Shown here: positions 10,750 to 20,678 of the stretch, piece by piece | Layout: every line of letters begins with the position of its first letter | How positions within the stretch are numbered: the stretch's first letter is position 1 | NCBI GenBank assembly: GCA_965248755.1 | Contig: OZ252149.1 | Span: forward strand, 2,944,001-3,008,000 | Reading direction: 5' to 3' | From: Candidatus Latescibacterota bacterium | GTDB lineage: Bacteria > Latescibacterota > CBDEFO01 | DNA length: 64,000 nucleotides | Made by a program: the position numbers and the translations under genes | Notes under the pieces: generated by a model | Seen by the model: the letters and a program-made list of their open reading frames with translations, nothing else | What the model was told of the DNA's origin: nothing | Database searches by the model: none

Positions 10750-11646
10750 CTAAAGGAGCATATATTTAAGTGAGATGTGAGATCCGCTTCCTCCCAGAAA
10801 GATCCTATCCATAGTTATGTCCAGAATTATGTCCAGCAGTTTCAATCCCCTTCGTTTTTCCACGACAGTCTTTGGGTCTTTCTCCAGGCCCGTCATCTGT
10901 GCCGCTATATCTATAGCGTCTTGATAGTTTCCCAAAACGTCCACGAATCCGTACTCCAGAGCCTGTCTGCCAGTAAATATTCGTCCGTCAGCCAGTTTGA
11001 TCACTTCTTCCTTGGAGAGTTTTCTTTGAGAAACTATAGCTTCTATGAACTGGTTATAGGTGTCATCTATGACGCCCTGTAGTAGTTCTCGCTCCTCCCT
11101 TGTGAGTTCTTTTGAAAATGCTCCCATGTCTTTATACTTGCCGCTCTTTACAACGTCAAATTCCAGCCCGATCTTTTTGAGAAGTTCCTTTGCATTGGCG
11201 AGTTGAGCGATGACTCCTATGCTTCCCGTAATCGTTGCCGGGCTTGCGACTATGGTATCCGCAGCGGCAGCTATGTAATAGCCGCCGGATGCCGCCACGC
11301 TTCCCATAGATACGATGACCTTTTTGCCCTTTGACCTTACCTTGAGCATCGTCTCATATATTTCTTGAGACGGAACAACTGCTCCTCCGGGGCTGTCTAT
11401 CCTTACGACTACGGCCGGCACAGAGTCGTCATCGCTGTATTTTTTCAGTTGCTTTATGACAGAACTGGAGCTGAAGATAGGCCCCTTTATCTCTATCAGG
11501 GCCACTTTCCTGGCCGAATCTCCGCTTATAGAAAGACCGGCGCTCTCCATTCCTATCAGTCCTATTGCGATCAGGACGATCATAAAGACGAATAGGAGGC
11601 TCGATCCAATAATGATTCCTATTATCCAATCCTGCTTCTTTGCCAC
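10750..11646 (-). CDS. sppA: Signal peptide peptidase SppA (S49)
   Basis: RIDSPGG, AASGGYY, TGSIGV, KSGKYKD. Confidence 0.95.
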   Translation of the reverse strand: MAKKQDWIIGIIIGSSLLFVFMIVLIAIGLIGMESAGLSISGDSARKVALIEIKGPIFSSSSVIKQLKKYSDDDSVPAVVVRIDSPGGAVVPSQEIYETMLKVRSKGKKVIVSMGSVAASGGYYIAAAADTIVASPATITGSIGVIAQLANAKELLKKIGLEFDVVKSGKYKDMGAFSKELTREERELLQGVIDDTYNQFIEAIVSQRKLSKEEVIKLADGRIFTGRQALEYGFVDVLGNYQDAIDIAAQMTGLEKDPKTVVEKRRGLKLLDIILDITMDRIFLGGSGSHISLKYMLL

Positions 11647-11990
11647 GTCTTATTCTCCTAACTTAACAGAACACTGCAAGATAAAAGGACAATATAATAA
11701 ATATAACGTAACTGGCCTATTTGTCAACAGATTTACATTTAGCTGTCAGGGTAATGCAGTTCTCAGTCTGGAGGTGAGGCAGTACCAATTGAAGACAGAG
11801 TGGTTGAGGCCATCTCGTGGCTAGTTGCCTCTGTTCTCCCTTTACTTCTCATCGGTTCGCCCGAACGTAGAACGGTTCATCTGTAGGGCAGACCTGTGTG
11901 TTTTCTCCTGGTCGAGTGGTCCCCGATTGAATCTGTCGGGGATCGCCCCTACATTTTGTCTATCCTATGATCGAATCTATTGCGGATTGC

Positions 11991-12225
11991 TAACCCGATT
12001 AATTCATAAACTTGGTGGAGTCATTGCGAGGAGCAAAGCGACGAAGCAATCTCAAGGTTTTATAGTGGTCTCCTATGAGAGCCGGAGAGTATTACATCTA
12101 CCACAGAATCGAGATTGCTTCGCCTTCGGCTCGCAATGACACCGAAGGTGGTTAAACAGCATAACTATAATATAATACAATCCCTTAATTAATACACGGA
12201 CTTTTCTTGTGAATTATTCGGGCTA
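11991..12225. mobile_element. MITE-like element, copy 1
   Basis: Terminal inverted repeats TAACCCGATTAATTCA / TGAATTATTCGGGCTA; internal GTCATTGCGAG...CTCGCAATGAC inverted repeat; similar copy at 40412-40643. Confidence 0.75.
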
Positions 12226-12273
12226 AAGGGTCTTTGCTATCGGCCATGGCATAAGTTTCGCTTGTTTGCTTAC

Positions 12274-12681
12274 CTACTGCAGCATCAGGAACCGAAATCT
12301 GGATCCTTCATATATTTCCCACAAGTATCTCTTGCCACATTCTTGACAGACGATGCTCTCTTCCCCGGGATCATGAGCGGGCATCAATTCGCTGCATACT
12401 TTACACCTGATTGAATTAGCATCCACCGACTTGTCCTGGCCACTGCTATCTTCAAGGACAGTATTACATTGCTTACAGACCCAGATTTCTCGTTCCTCGG
12501 GAGTTCGGCGTTCATAGTTGCGAAAATATCCCAGGATTTGCTGGCGATCATTGGATGACAGTTCCCCAAAGGGAGTCAATTTCGAGTCGCCACAAAGCTT
12601 GCAGCGGTAGCCGGTACGACTGACGAACCTCTTGAACGCAAAGGCAGCACCAATCAACACTACAACGAATCCGGCTATCAA
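12274..12681 (-). CDS. Hypothetical membrane-anchored protein with four CxxC pairs (zinc ribbons)
   Basis: N-terminal TM; CKLC, CKQC, CKVC, CQEC. Confidence 0.6.
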   Translation of the reverse strand: MIAGFVVVLIGAAFAFKRFVSRTGYRCKLCGDSKLTPFGELSSNDRQQILGYFRNYERRTPEEREIWVCKQCNTVLEDSSGQDKSVDANSIRCKVCSELMPAHDPGEESIVCQECGKRYLWEIYEGSRFRFLMLQ

Positions 12682-12735
12682 GTATAGAGACAGCTGGATA
12701 CCCCTCGGCAGTTAGCCAAGCCCCTGATGCTTGGT

Positions 12736-12787
12736 GTCCTCCGGAGAGGAAAACGTCCTCCGGAGAGGAAAACGTCCTCCGGAGAGG
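12736..12787. repeat. 19-bp tandem repeat GTCCTCCGGAGAGGAAAAC, about 2.7 copies
   Basis: Read directly; no spacers. Confidence 0.9.
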
Positions 12788-12887
12788 GTGAGCCTATCTA
12801 TTGCTCCGGAGCGTGAGCTATACGCTTAATGCTTATGAGCATGGATAGAGGTCGTATTGATTGTGGCGTGTCTCCTCAGAACTTGAC

Positions 12888-13838
12888 TCATCTGGTTCGT
12901 AGCTGCTCCCTGAAGGGAAAGCTTATTAGGGGTATGCCCGACGCTGTGAGCGGGTCTTTCGTAAGGTTTCGGGACCATTCGGAGTTCGGATGCCCCTGAG
13001 GTGCTTCGACTTCTCCACTGTAGAGTCTATCGGCTTCAACCCAATCTTCACAGTCGTCTTGACACAGGACAAAGACTTCCTCAAGCTGAGACAGATTCAC
13101 ACTTGAAACTATTTCGACTTTTCTAAACAGACCGCTCTTTCCGTCTCCAAGCTTGTTCACAACGCCCAATTTCAAGCCCTTTGGGAACACACCTCCCATT
13201 CCTGACGATACGACCACATCCCCTTTTTTAATATTACTCTTTAGAGGGACGTCAATGCGAAACAATTCTGTGCCTTCGGACTCCAGAAATCCGAAGATTC
13301 TCTCATCGTTCTGGACAACAGTGCTTACCACGCAATTCCTGTCAGATAAAAGCTGAACAACAGATGTTTTGGAATTGACCCCGAAGACCTTTCCTGCCAG
13401 CCCGCCTAAAGCCACGACCGGCATCTGTTCCCTTACTCCGTCATCGCTTCCGACATTGATTAAGATCGAGGTTACCATTCTGCTTCCCGATTTTGCGATG
13501 ACCTCAGCGGGAAGATACCGAAAGCCGGGCCTTTGCTTAAAGCCCATCTGCCTTCGGAGCCTGATATTTTCCAGTTCGGCTTCCCTGAGCCGCCAGTACT
13601 TAATTGACAGCTCAAGGTTCCAATCTCTCAGGAACTTGTTTTCTCTGGAAAGATCCGCCATCCTGGTAGCCCACGAAAACATTCTATTGCCCGAGCCGAG
13701 AACAGTTGTGGTCACCTGCCTGGCAAGATTTGCTCCTTTTCCTCTATCCCATGCCATCAGGATCAACGACAGTGCAACTGCTGCTGCTAAGGCTATGTAG
13801 TTTTTGTTCGACGATAGGAATTCTGATAGGTTTAGCAT
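12888..13838 (-). CDS. mreC: Rod shape-determining protein MreC
   Basis: ENIRLRR coiled coil, INVGSDDGV, SSGMGGVFPKG; follows mreB. Confidence 0.92.
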   Translation of the reverse strand: MLNLSEFLSSNKNYIALAAAVALSLILMAWDRGKGANLARQVTTTVLGSGNRMFSWATRMADLSRENKFLRDWNLELSIKYWRLREAELENIRLRRQMGFKQRPGFRYLPAEVIAKSGSRMVTSILINVGSDDGVREQMPVVALGGLAGKVFGVNSKTSVVQLLSDRNCVVSTVVQNDERIFGFLESEGTELFRIDVPLKSNIKKGDVVVSSGMGGVFPKGLKLGVVNKLGDGKSGLFRKVEIVSSVNLSQLEEVFVLCQDDCEDWVEADRLYSGEVEAPQGHPNSEWSRNLTKDPLTASGIPLISFPFREQLRTR

Positions 13839-13906
13839 ACAATCCTTCTGGAAGGCCAAGGCACAGGCCAGGTCACCATATATTAGCCTCAATCATCATC
13901 TTGCAT

Positions 13907-14926
13907 TTAAAAGAGTATATCCTGGTATGCGTTGATATTTTCGAGGACCTTTCTAGTCCCTCTGACGACGCATGTGAGCGGGTCTTCCGCCACCATCACC
14001 GGAAGCTTTGTCTCCTCAATAAGTCGATCGGCTAATCCCTTCAGAAGGGCTCCTCCTCCCACCATATTGATCCCTCGATCGAGTATATCCGATGCCAATT
14101 CGGGAGGAGTCTTCTCCAGGGCTTGAAGCACAGCGTTCACTATATCGTTTGTGGTATCGTTTAGGGCTTCTCTTATCTCCTCGGAATGAACCGTGATAGT
14201 TTTGGGGATTCCGCCCACCAGATCGCGGCCCTTTACCGTAGCCTCAATCTCATCATTCATAGGATATGCCGATCCGATCAGGCACTTTATATTCTCCGCC
14301 GTTCTGGGTCCTATGTAGACGTTGTGATTTTTTCTGATATACTGTATTATATCCTCATCCATCTCGTCCCCGGCGATCTTTATGGAGGTATTCATCACGA
14401 TCCCCGACAGGGCCATGACAGCTATCTCAGTGGTTCCGCCTCCTATGTCTATGACCATCGAACCTACCGCCTGCTCGACGGGGAGACCCATGCCGATAGC
14501 CGCCGACATAGGTTCTGTTATGAGATAGACCCCTCTTGCTCCTATGCGTTCGGCGGAATCTCTGACGGCTCTCTTTTCCACCTCCGTTATGCCCGACGGA
14601 ACGCAGATGACTATCCTTGGACGCACCAGGAACCTGTTTTTCTGAACTTTCCGTATAAACGCCCGCAGCAGCAGCTCTGTCACTTCAAAGTCCGCCACTA
14701 CGCCGTCTTTTAAAGGACGTATCGCTTCTATTCTTCCGGGCGTACGGCCCTCCATCTCCTTTGCCTCCAGGCCGATAGCCACCAGTTTTCTGGTGCTCGT
14801 TTCCAGTGCCGCTACCGAAGGCTCATCTACAACTATCCCCTTCCCTTTGACATAGATCAAGGTGTTTGCAGTCCCCAGATCTATTCCTATGTCGTTGACA
14901 ATCAGGTTTGACAGTGAAAATCGCAT
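13907..14926 (-). CDS. mreB: Rod shape-determining protein MreB
   Basis: IDLGTANT, DIGGGTTE, GGGALL. Confidence 0.97.
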   Translation of the reverse strand: MRFSLSNLIVNDIGIDLGTANTLIYVKGKGIVVDEPSVAALETSTRKLVAIGLEAKEMEGRTPGRIEAIRPLKDGVVADFEVTELLLRAFIRKVQKNRFLVRPRIVICVPSGITEVEKRAVRDSAERIGARGVYLITEPMSAAIGMGLPVEQAVGSMVIDIGGGTTEIAVMALSGIVMNTSIKIAGDEMDEDIIQYIRKNHNVYIGPRTAENIKCLIGSAYPMNDEIEATVKGRDLVGGIPKTITVHSEEIREALNDTTNDIVNAVLQALEKTPPELASDILDRGINMVGGGALLKGLADRLIEETKLPVMVAEDPLTCVVRGTRKVLENINAYQDILF

Positions 14927-14974
14927 TGTTTTTCCTCTTCTTTGTCTCCGATTGAATCTATCGGGGATCGGGAA

Positions 14975-16594
14975 TCAATGTAAAAAGTGCCTTGTGCCTG
15001 TAAAGACCATAGATACTCCCGCTTTTTCGCAGGCCTGGATGCACTCCTTGTCGCGGATAGAGCCTCCGGGCTGTACGATGTATCGGATGCCCTCTCTGGA
15101 GGCATACTCGACCGTATCCGGAAAGAAGAAGGAGTCTGATGCCATTACTGTCTCTTTCATCTTATCCACTATATAGTATCCAATATTCCCGGTTTTTCCC
15201 TCTTCCTTAAAGCGCGTCCGGAGATTCTCCTGTGCTTTTGCGGCAGCTAACTTTCTCAAAGAGTCAACGCGGTTGGGCTGTCCTGCCCCCATTCCGAGCA
15301 CCTGAAAGCCACCGGGCTGATATTCCTCGCATATTACGATTGCGTTGGATTTGGTATGCTTTACAGCCTTCAGAGCAAAGAGAGCCAACTCCTTCTTCTC
15401 TTCGGGAAAACCCTCCTCCGTGACGCATTCAAACTTCTGGAAGAGTTCCACATCCGACCCCTGTTCTAATATCCCGCCAGTCATGTGTCTGTACGATTTG
15501 GGAGAAGGTTGGGCATCAGAAAGGGGCGGGATATTCAGTAAAATAAGATTTTTCCTTCTGGATTTCAGAAGTCCCAGCGCTTCATCTTCATATCCCGGAG
15601 CGGCGATGATGTCTATGAATCTGCCCGCAAGGAACTCCGCTGTGTCCAGGTCCATAGCGCGGCTTACAGCCAAAATAGAACCGGCAGACAGACTCATCCT
15701 GTCTCCGTTCCAGGCGGCTTCCACAGCTTCTCTGAGAGTCTCTCCCGTAGCGTAGCCGCAGGGATTCGTATGCTTGACGAAGGCGGCAGCTGGTGTATCT
15801 TTGAGTTCCTTTACGGCCTCAAGCGCTGCGTCGGCGTCCATATAGTTGTTGTAGGACATCTCCTTGCCGTGCAGTTGGACTGCGTGGGCTATAGACGATT
15901 CCTCTGTAGTTTCATCTCTATAAAACGCTGCGCTTTGATGCCAGTTCTCTCCGTATCTTAATTGAACGCCCCCTGTGTATTTGAGCCTTAAGATCTTTTC
16001 GCCCCCAAGCTTTTCGCTCAGGTATCCCTCCACTGCAGAATCGTAGTCGGCTGTGGTTCTGAAGGCCTTAACTGAGAGCATCTCTCTTGTGGAATCGGAA
16101 AGTTCTCCTGTAGTCTTTAGTTCATCGAGTATAGGGCCGTAGTCCGCAGGATCTGTGAGAACACCCACGTGCCGGTAGTTCTTCGCCGCGCTCCTGATTA
16201 AGGTAGGCCCTCCGATGTCTATGTTCTCTATCGCATCTTCCAGAGATGCCTCAGGCCTTTGGATGGTCTCCTCAAAGGGATATAGATTTACGATCACAAG
16301 GTCTATCATCCCTATCCCCTGTTTCTCCGCCTCTCTCATATCCTGTGGATTATCCCGACGCGCTAATATCCCGCCGTGCACCTTCGGATGCAGAGTCTTG
16401 ACCCTTCCGTCCATCATCTCAGGAAAGCCTGTCACATCGGAGACAGATATGGCTTTGATCCCCGACTCCTCTAAGAGCTTGGCAGTCCCCCCAGTAGAGA
16501 CGATTTCAATGCCCAATTCGGAAAGGCCCCTTGCCAGTTCCACGATGCCCGTCTTATCGGATACGCTGATCAATGCGCGTGTTATATTTGTCAA
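14975..16594 (-). CDS. purH: Bifunctional AICAR transformylase / IMP cyclohydrolase
   Basis: ALISVSDKTG, GRVKTLHP, IDIGGP, QPGGSIRD, TGTRHF. Confidence 0.97.
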   Translation of the reverse strand: MTNITRALISVSDKTGIVELARGLSELGIEIVSTGGTAKLLEESGIKAISVSDVTGFPEMMDGRVKTLHPKVHGGILARRDNPQDMREAEKQGIGMIDLVIVNLYPFEETIQRPEASLEDAIENIDIGGPTLIRSAAKNYRHVGVLTDPADYGPILDELKTTGELSDSTREMLSVKAFRTTADYDSAVEGYLSEKLGGEKILRLKYTGGVQLRYGENWHQSAAFYRDETTEESSIAHAVQLHGKEMSYNNYMDADAALEAVKELKDTPAAAFVKHTNPCGYATGETLREAVEAAWNGDRMSLSAGSILAVSRAMDLDTAEFLAGRFIDIIAAPGYEDEALGLLKSRRKNLILLNIPPLSDAQPSPKSYRHMTGGILEQGSDVELFQKFECVTEEGFPEEKKELALFALKAVKHTKSNAIVICEEYQPGGFQVLGMGAGQPNRVDSLRKLAAAKAQENLRTRFKEEGKTGNIGYYIVDKMKETVMASDSFFFPDTVEYASREGIRYIVQPGGSIRDKECIQACEKAGVSMVFTGTRHFLH

Positions 16595-16818
16595 GGTTTG
16601 TCCTGTCAGTGTTCGTAGAAAAGATAGTCGTCAAAATGCAGCAATTATAGTGTAGGGGTTGGGTTAGCCAACCCTTGGGGCGAGTGATCCCCGATAGATT
16701 CAATCGGGGACGGCCCTACGAATACAGAACTACATATGTGCCTGACCCCTTCAGGGCTATTAGACGCCGATTTCTGACTACTTTGAGTCACAATGGAGCA
16801 CAGAAGAGGACTTCTCCT

Positions 16819-17010
16819 TTAGTTGGAGCAGGTTGACTTAATGCGGCCCCAGGTGACGGACTCAACAACATCTACATGGTCAATAGTTCCATCAAAAGGA
16901 AGCAGGCCGTAGTCAACGATGCGTCTTTAGTGAAGTTGAGATCTTAGTCACCACTGTTCGTATAATAGCCGTCGTAGCCCTCAACTTCGGGATCGGGATC
17001 GTCTTGACTT
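16819..17010 (-). pseudogene. 3' relic of a TWGRIK-tailed DOMON-like paralog
   Basis: DDPDPEVEGYDGYYTNSGD* then, after a frameshift, IVDYGLLPFD...VESVTWGRIKSTCSN*; resembles the ends of the genes at 45397-50320. Confidence 0.75.
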
Positions 17011-19239
17011 GAAAAAGTAGAGCGAAAGCAAGGACAAAGCCACAATCACCAAGATGACCAGAACAAACTTGCCCTTGTTAAAGTAAGCAAGCCCAAGGTG
17101 AACGTGAGCCAAAGCATAATCGGGATCAATTCTTAGAGCCTCCTTGTATTCGGCTATAGACTCGTCAAGTATACCCTTCTCAGCGTAAGCAATCCCAAGG
17201 TGAACGTGAGCCCAAGCATAATCGGGATCAATTCTTAGAGCCTCCTTGTATTCGGCTATAGACTCGTCAAGTATACCCTTCTCAGCGTAAGCAATCCCAA
17301 GGTGAACGTGAGCCCAAGCATAATCGGGATTGATCCTTATGGCCTCTTTGTATTCAGCTATGGCCTCGTCAAGCATGCCCTTATCAGCGTAAGCAATCCC
17401 AAGGTGAACGTGAGCCTTGGCATTGTCGGGGTTGATTCTCAGAGCCTCTTTGTTTTCGGCTATAGCCTCGTCAAGCATACCCTTCTCAGCGTAAGCAGTC
17501 CCAAGGTAAACGTGAGCCCAAGCATAATCGGGATCAATTCTTAGAGCCTCTTTGAATTTGGCTATAGCCTCGTCAAGCATACCCTTCTCAGCGTAAGCAA
17601 TCCCAAGGTTGTTGTGAGCCAGAGCATAATCAGGATCAATTCTTAGGGCCTCTTTGTATTCGGCTATAGCCTCGTCAAGCATACCCTTATTAGCGTAAGC
17701 AAGCCCAAGGTTGTTGTGAGCCAGAGCATAATCAGGATCAATTCTTAGGGCCTCTTTGTATTCAGCTATAGCCTCGTCAGATAGACCCTTTTTACCGTAA
17801 GCAATCCCAAGGTTGTTGTGAGCCCAAGAAAAGTCGGGGTCGATCCTTATGGCCTTTTTGTATTCAGCTATAGCCTCGTCAAGCATACCCTTGTTAAAGT
17901 AAGCATACCCAAGGTTGATGAGAGCCTTGGTATCGTCTGGATTGATTCTCAGAGCCTTTTTGTATTCAGCTATAGCCTCGTCAAGCATGCCCTGCTTACC
18001 ATAAGCCCAACCAAGGTTGTTGTGAGCCATGGCATTGTCGGGGTTGATCCTTATGGCCTCTTTGTATTCAGCTATGGCCTCGTCAAGCATGCCCTTATCA
18101 GCGTAATCAATCCCAAGGTGAACGTGAGCCTGGGCATCATCGGGATTGATTCGCAGAGCCTCTTTGTATTCGGCTATAGCCTCGTCAAGCATACCCTTCT
18201 CAGCGTAAGCAATCCCAAGGCGAACGTGAGCCTGGGCATCATCGGGATTGATTCGCAGAGCCTCTTTGTATTCGGCTATAGCCTCGTCAAGCATGGCCTT
18301 TTCAGCGTAGGAAAGCCCAAGGTTGTTGTGAGCCATGGCATTGTCGGGGTCGATCCTTATGGCCTTTTTGTATTCGGCCATAGCCTCGTCAAGCATGCCC
18401 TTATTAGCGTAAGCAATCCCAAGGTGAACGTGAACGTGAGCATCATCGGGATTGATCCTAAAAGCCTCTTTGTATTCAGCTATTTCCTCATCAAGCATAC
18501 CCTTATTAGCGTAAGCATCTCCAAGGTGAACGTGAGCCCAAGCATAATCGGGATTGATCCTAAGAGCCTCTTTGTATTCGGCTATTGCCTCATCAAGCAT
18601 GCCCTTTTCACTATAAGCCAAACCAAGGTTACCGTGAGCCCAAGCATAATCGGGATTGATCCTAAGAGCCTCTTTGTATTCGGCTATTGCCTCATCAAGC
18701 ATGCCCTTGTTAAAGTAAGGACGCCCAAGGTGAACGTGAACGTGAGCATCATCGGGATTGATCCTAAGAGCCTCTTTGTATTCGGCTATTGCCTCATCAA
18801 GCATGCCCTTCTTACCATAAGCCCAACCAAGACCATAGTGCCCCCAGAAATAATCTGGGTTAATCTCTATAGCTCTTTGAAACTCCTGCATTTTTTGATC
18901 GACATCCTCTAAAGCTCTACCATAGAGATAATGAAACACTTCGCTGTCGGGGTTCTCCTCGACCTTCTTCCTATACTCCGCTATTACCTCTTCCCCTTTG
19001 TCTCTATCCCTCAGGATGTCCATATACTCCCTGTGGGCTTCTGTATATTCAGGAGAAATCTCGATGGCCTTCTTGAACGCCTCCAACGCCTCGTCTAAAT
19101 CCTTCTCCTTTTTTTGCTCCATCCCACGCTCGAAATGTCCCTTTGCCCGCTCATCAATCCCTTCCTGGGATGTGGCTATCCCCACAAGGATTAAGGATAG
19201 CATCCCGACTATGGTAAGAATGTTGAATGAGCTTTTCAT
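16981..19239 (-). CDS. Exported TPR-repeat protein with C-terminal TM anchor
   Basis: Signal peptide, about 17 near-identical 34-aa TPRs, hydrophobic tail followed by KSRRSRSRS. Confidence 0.92.
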   Translation of the reverse strand: MKSSFNILTIVGMLSLILVGIATSQEGIDERAKGHFERGMEQKKEKDLDEALEAFKKAIEISPEYTEAHREYMDILRDRDKGEEVIAEYRKKVEENPDSEVFHYLYGRALEDVDQKMQEFQRAIEINPDYFWGHYGLGWAYGKKGMLDEAIAEYKEALRINPDDAHVHVHLGRPYFNKGMLDEAIAEYKEALRINPDYAWAHGNLGLAYSEKGMLDEAIAEYKEALRINPDYAWAHVHLGDAYANKGMLDEEIAEYKEAFRINPDDAHVHVHLGIAYANKGMLDEAMAEYKKAIRIDPDNAMAHNNLGLSYAEKAMLDEAIAEYKEALRINPDDAQAHVRLGIAYAEKGMLDEAIAEYKEALRINPDDAQAHVHLGIDYADKGMLDEAIAEYKEAIRINPDNAMAHNNLGWAYGKQGMLDEAIAEYKKALRINPDDTKALINLGYAYFNKGMLDEAIAEYKKAIRIDPDFSWAHNNLGIAYGKKGLSDEAIAEYKEALRIDPDYALAHNNLGLAYANKGMLDEAIAEYKEALRIDPDYALAHNNLGIAYAEKGMLDEAIAKFKEALRIDPDYAWAHVYLGTAYAEKGMLDEAIAENKEALRINPDNAKAHVHLGIAYADKGMLDEAIAEYKEAIRINPDYAWAHVHLGIAYAEKGILDESIAEYKEALRIDPDYAWAHVHLGIAYAEKGILDESIAEYKEALRIDPDYALAHVHLGLAYFNKGKFVLVILVIVALSLLSLYFFKSRRSRSRS
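17071..18852 (-). repeat. 102-bp tandem coding repeats (17 plus a half unit)
   Basis: The KGMLDEAIAEYKEALRINPD half is almost invariant at the DNA level. Confidence 0.92.
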
Positions 19240-19453
19240 AGCTTCAACCTGCCGAAAGGATAGCACCGCCTGACTTATGAAGTAAAGCTATAAATTCACA
19301 GTTTTAAAAGACTAAGTGCAGTGTCACAAGCTTGCCTATCACAGCAGGATGTTGGGAGCAAACCCGAAATCTGGAGGCCCTTGGGGCGAGTGATCCCCGA
19401 CCCCCAATTGAATCTATTGGGGGCTCAATCGGGGACGCCCCTACGAATACACA

Positions 19454-20344
19454 TTACGTAAATTCCCGCCCTACCAGTTGCCTGTAGGCTTCCTTGTACT
19501 TATCCAGAGTCCTCTGGACAATGTCCTCCGGAAGTTCGGGCGCAGGAGGAGTCTTGTCCCAATCCAGCGTATCCAGATAGTCTCTTACAAATTGCTTGTC
19601 GAAGCTGTCCTGCGGGCCTCCGGGAGTGTACCTGTCCTTTGGCCAGAATCTGGACGAATCGGGAGAGAGTATCTCGTCTATAAGGATAGTCTGACTGTCT
19701 GTTATGCCGAACTCGAACTTGGTGTCAGCTATGATAATGCCCTTTTCCTGCGCGTAATTGTGGGCTTTTCTATATATCGCTATGGTCAAATCTCTCAACT
19801 TTTCAAGGACTTCCATCTCTACTATATCCAACGCTTCCTCAAACGAGATGTTCTCATCGTGTCCGGAGTCGGCCTTAGTTGCCGGCGTAAAGATGATCTG
19901 GGGCAGCCTGTCTGATTCTCGCAAGCCATCGGGGAGCTGTATGCCGCAGACTGAGCCGGAGGATTTATATTCCCTCCATCCTGAGCCTGAAAGATAACCC
20001 CTTGCCACGCATTCCAGGTCGAGGCGATCTGCCTTTTTAACAAGCATCGACCTTCCATCCAGAACTTCTCGGAACTCCCGAAGTTCCGGAGGATAGTCGT
20101 CCACTTCCGAGGCTACGAGGTGATTTTGGACTATATCCTGCATCATATCGAACCAGAAGATGGACATAGCTGTAAGGATTTTGCCCTTACCTGGGATGCC
20201 GTTGGGCATAATACAATCGTAGGCAGAGATCCTGTCTGTGGCTACGATAAGAAGCTTATCGTCCAGATCATATACGTCTCTGACTTTGCCCCTTGTGAAG
20301 AGCTTCATCCCGTTCAAGTCTGTCTTTATTAGAGCGTCTTCCAT
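19454..20344 (-). CDS. purC: SAICAR synthase
   Basis: [48 protein letters not shown]. Confidence 0.97.
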   Translation of the reverse strand: MEDALIKTDLNGMKLFTRGKVRDVYDLDDKLLIVATDRISAYDCIMPNGIPGKGKILTAMSIFWFDMMQDIVQNHLVASEVDDYPPELREFREVLDGRSMLVKKADRLDLECVARGYLSGSGWREYKSSGSVCGIQLPDGLRESDRLPQIIFTPATKADSGHDENISFEEALDIVEMEVLEKLRDLTIAIYRKAHNYAQEKGIIIADTKFEFGITDSQTILIDEILSPDSSRFWPKDRYTPGGPQDSFDKQFVRDYLDTLDWDKTPPAPELPEDIVQRTLDKYKEAYRQLVGREFT

Positions 20345-20508
20345 TCTTCTCCACTTTTGAGTTTTGCAATCATTTAGGTAGTTAAATCGTACGAATCGCA
20401 TCTATTTAGAGATAGTAGAACTAACTAATATATAGAGCATAGGGCTCTATGTCAAGTGTTTTTGACGCTATCTTCCACTGAAATCACAAATTAGCCGAAT
20501 TTTGGGGC

Positions 20509-20537
20509 TTGACTTTCACAAAATATGGCTCTATCTT
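20509..20537 (+). promoter_or_regulatory. sigma70-type promoter
   Basis: TTGACT-17 bp-TATCTT upstream of the TPR lipoprotein. Confidence 0.6.
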
Positions 20538-20678
20538 TAGCATTATTAGGCGTGTTGAACGGATACGCCGCAACCAAGGGGAAAGAGTGAATGCGGTTGA
20601 CAACAGGTTTGTGCAAGGTGGCGCTGAAATAGGATGTCATAGATTTTCAGTAGAGATAGTGACGATAATAAGGATTTG

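Noticed and set aside
12248..12262. sigma54-like TGGCAT-N5-TCGC
   Set aside because: Points antisense into a gene end with no downstream ORF.
12736..12787. Palindromic 19-bp repeats as a mini-CRISPR array
   Set aside because: The units abut with no unique spacers, and no cas genes are present.
12690..12890. mreD downstream of mreC
   Set aside because: No hydrophobic ORF of suitable size is present.
17818..18912. 364-aa plus-strand ORF
   Set aside because: Antisense shadow of the TPR tandem repeats.
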